From NCBI RefSeq assembly GCF_009834535.1, contig NC_045717.1:26102001-26166000 (forward strand): DNA of 64,000 bases, written 5' to 3'. Each line of letters starts with the position of its first letter. The first letter of the stretch is position 1. Below are positions 60,406 to 64,000 of this stretch, piece by piece. The notes beneath the pieces were generated by a model. It did not search any database. It was not told where the DNA came from and was given only the letters and a program-made list of their open reading frames with translations. Source of the stretch: Camelus ferus. Lineage: Eukaryota. The translations under genes and the position numbers were made by a program.

Positions 60406-61879
60406 CAGTGGGGCGTGTGGTATCTCAACAACGCTGTTTAAAAGGACGCAGTGACTGAGGCTCCTCTGACCGGCGCGAATCAAAGTCCCACCCACAGTGG
60501 CTGCCAGAGCCACGCCGCCAGCTCCCGGCCTGGGTTTAAGCAGCTTCTGTGGCAGACGTGGCCTTAAATATTTCAGAGGAGTCGAGGGGTGTGTGCCCAT
60601 AAGAAGTAAAAGATGCAGAAAGCGGTGAGAAGATGGAGAGAGGAGGAAGGGGGGACTCCGGCCTCCCCAGTGGCCCCGGGCTTCATCATGAGGGTTCCAC
60701 TCCGCACCTCGCAGGCCGGCCCCCCACCCTAACCCGCCCGAGCCAGCCTGGCGTGGCCAGACGGAGATAAAAATATACGGCACCCAGGACTTCAGATAAG
60801 CAACGAAGCACTTTTAGTACAACTTTCCTGTGAACCACACGGTACCGGGGGCACATTTATACTAAGCAACTTTGGGTGGTTTGTCTGAAACTTAAATTTC
60901 GCTGGGCCTCCCACTTTTATCTGCTACATCTGGCCACACCTAACAGCAGCGCTGACAGCCTCCTGGCAGGACTCACAGCCCCAAGGGCCCTGAAGTTTTC
61001 TATTCAAGTTCATTTGTTAAAAGCAAGTATTTCCAATGAAATTTCTTCCAAACGATGATAAGCCACGAGTGTAAAATACATACTCACACATAAAGGAAGC
61101 GAACTGCCCCAGCAGTAACCCCCGACGCCGACCACGCGTGCAAACAATCATACCTCGGACAGAAGTTAAACAAGGTGAAACGAATCTCACCTGCAGCCTT
61201 CTAACCACATACCAGCGCACCAGCAGCGCCCAGGTGGCCCACATCCCATCGGCCCGGGGCCAAGGGTCGGCCACAGCACCGCCAGGGGTCTAGACAGAGA
61301 CCTCGGCTCCGAAACCCTGGGCATCGCCCATGAGCCCGGGACCGTCGTGACTGTTTCAGACAGGGGTGCTGAAGCTGGGGTGTGAGAGGCACCGAGAATT
61401 CCCTTCAGCTCGCCTGGGCGAGGAGCCCCAGCCATAGGTGCGTGGGACTGACCAGGCTGGAGCCCCGCTTTGAGGGAGGACAGCGGCGCGTCCGCGTCCA
61501 CCTCTGCCCTCCCAACCCCCAGGGAGCCGGTCTCCTAAGTGGCTCTCCCACTCTCTGCCTGGCGGCAGAGGCGTTGCCCCCACTTCCCGGGCAGTAGCCT
61601 GGAGGACGACGGGGCGAAACCAGAAAGGGGGAGTGAGGGTCGTCGTCGGGTGAGCAGGGGGAGACCCTGCCCCAGGGGGGATCTCGGCCGGCCACCACGG
61701 ACGCTGCAGCTCGGGGTCCAGAAGAGCCACGTTCCCTCCCCACTTGCTTCCACAGCCCTCCAGCTCCCAGGGCGGGACAGGGGCAAAGGCCGGCCTGGAG
61801 GCCCAGAGACGTGCTCAGGGAGCCCCTGAAATGGGTGCCTGCATGCCTCTACCGCACCCACGTGGGTGGGAAATCTGGG

Positions 61880-62030
61880 TGAGAGGGGGCTCACCCGGGG
61901 CGAACACTGGTCAAGGTCTGGGACATCGGTGGTTGTCACAACTGGGGCTGCTCCAGAGAACGACCTGGCACCAATGCCCACAGCACCAAGGGGAGAGCCC
62001 GGGTCTAGACCGCGTCCCTAACGTGAGTGC
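61880..62030 (+). mobile_element. MER20 remnant
   Basis: 'aacactggtcaaggtctgggacatcggtggttgtcacaactgggg'. Confidence 0.65.
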
Positions 62031-64000
62031 TGCCAGACCCGCAGCTACAGCTGCGGGGAAAGGCAGTGGCCGGAACTGGGGTGGGCAGGCCAAGGGGTCC
62101 CCAGCTTGTGCCCAGCTCCCCCAGGGGTGGCTGCGCGGCCAGCCCGGCTCTGCAGCACGGCCTGGCACAGCACGCAGTAGTGTTTCTGTAAAGACAGAAT
62201 TACACCCAAGGCCATTTCTAGAAGTAGTGAGGAAGGAGGCCTCAGGTATCCGCGCCCCAGGCACCGCCCCCATCTCTCCCCAAAGCCCCTGGACTTTCCA
62301 GAATTCTCTACCTGGTATTATTAATCCCTGAGGCAGGCAGGTGAATCCTGGAAACTAAAATGCCCCCAGTCCCTCACAGGAAGATTCCACAGGCAGCAGC
62401 AGATCTGAGGGAGGGGTCTATGGCCCCCACGGTCCCAGGCCTCTAGACAGGCTCCGAGCCACCGGCTGGCCCCGGGGTTCCACTCGGCCCACTCCCTGCC
62501 CAGCCGCCCTGAGGTTCCAGCTGGGTCACCTATTGGACACCCAGTGGAGCCCTGACATGCACCCACCGGCATGGCCTTGGGACCACAACGAGCAGAGACC
62601 CCACGATGGGCACAGTCCTGGGGGAGAACCACCAGTACTCCCCACTGCGGGCTTACTCTGAAACGGGGCCCTAGGGAAGCTGTGAGTCCCGCACCCTCAG
62701 TGGGAAGAGCAGCCTGGCCTCTGGGCGGGGGAGACACCCCAGGGCAGGGCTGCGTCTCACTCGGAGTGGTGGGGGAGTCCAGGCAACGGAGGCGTTAGCT
62801 TCAAGCACAGCTTTCTAAGACTCTTAAGATGCATCACAGATCCACGTGAAGTCATGACACGTAACAACAGGCATCTATGTCTACCAACAGCAACCCCACC
62901 GTGACCCGGAGTGACCTGGGACTGGATCGGGCATCTGGGTCCCCTGCCCACGGCCGGCAGGGGAGGCTCTGAGCCAGCAAGAGGACGCCAGGCAGTTCTC
63001 CACCCCTCCTGCTGGCGGGAGAGGAGTCCCACCCTGCAGGCTCTCCAGGGGCGCCACCTGCCAGCCAGGCCCAAGCAGACCCCCAGCCCCTTCACTCACT
63101 GGGAACCTCCTCGCACCCCACACGGTCTGTGGGCTTCAGTCTCCCAAGGTGCAGTGAGGAACTCACCCCCGCGTGGAGATCTACACAGACAGAAGCCAAG
63201 AGCAGAACATCCATCAAGGGTCTGTTGCACCAGGTAACCCAACTTCTGACACTGGCTGAGAGGAGCTCACAGGAAGGGCCGTGTGACAGCAGGGGGCCCA
63301 GATCCAGGCACCGTCCTGTGTACAGGGGCACACGTGGGGTTCCCAGCAAGCAAAAGACGTGCCACCACCAACTGGCCTCTCTGAGAGTCCCACCAACCCT
63401 CCTGTGGACCCCCCACACCGCAGGGCCAGTGCCAGCGCAGCCTGGACCCAGAGCTCACGTGGGAGACGGGGCAGGAGGGAGAGGGGCCCAGGACACGGGA
63501 GGAGACGGGAGCCCACAGCCCCTTCCAGGTCCAGAGGAGCCTGGTGGCGCCCAGTGGGCACGGAGGTTCCCAGTAGCATAGGTATGTAGCTGGCCTCGTC
63601 AGAGCCCAGGGCCTTCTACTGGAGGTCACTCAGGCCTCACTTGCTCTTCTGCAGGACGAGGACTTGCGGGTCACCCAGCACAGGCTCTCCAAAGCTCCTG
63701 CATGGGGAGGGAGGGGTGGATGCGGAGCCACCGGAGGAGGGGCCCTCCCACACCACCAGGTCCCTTTCCTTGACCCCCTGCCTGGAAGACAACAGCAGGG
63801 TCCCCATCGGACGTGACGGTCCCGGCCAGACACCAGACACCAACAGCGCCCACGACACTAATCAGCAGGCAAGGCCGCTTCACAAGGGCCTGTCTACCCC
63901 TCAGGATTAAAACAAAGGTGGCCAACCACCACCCTGACTCACCCACTGACACCTGGGCCTGCAGGCTGGTGCCCCTGGCCACAACATCCCACACCCAGTA

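Overview
This is a GC-rich mammalian genomic window, most likely camelid, judged from its tRNA-Ala-derived Vic-1-like SINEs. It matches the region orthologous to human 19p13.3 and holds two convergent genes. BTBD2 (+) is complete, with 9 coding exons (12417-30708, 514 aa) and a polyA signal at 31573. CSNK1G2 (casein kinase 1 gamma 2, -) has 11 coding exons (about 49149-41767); its non-coding exon 1 lies beyond the window, and three N-runs cover parts of exons 2, 5 and 6. The remainder is intronic or intergenic DNA rich in old L1, MLT1, MER2, MER20, MER45 and MER58 elements. Main observations: (1) a +1 insertion in CSNK1G2 exon 11 creates a premature TGA that removes the palmitoylated CCC tail (a real allele or an assembly error). 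(2) Three tandem uORFs and a (CG)7 tract lie in the CSNK1G2 5'UTR. (3) Ancient L1MB and MER20 copies tens of kb apart share derived GC-rich sequence, suggesting regional homogenisation. (4) A sharp GC/CpG-converted patch sits inside L1 ORF2. (5) BTBD2 intron 2 has a promoter-like GC-box island. (6) BTBD2 intron 6 has an in-frame alternative acceptor. Repeat family names and human comparisons are from recalled consensus sequences, not from searches.
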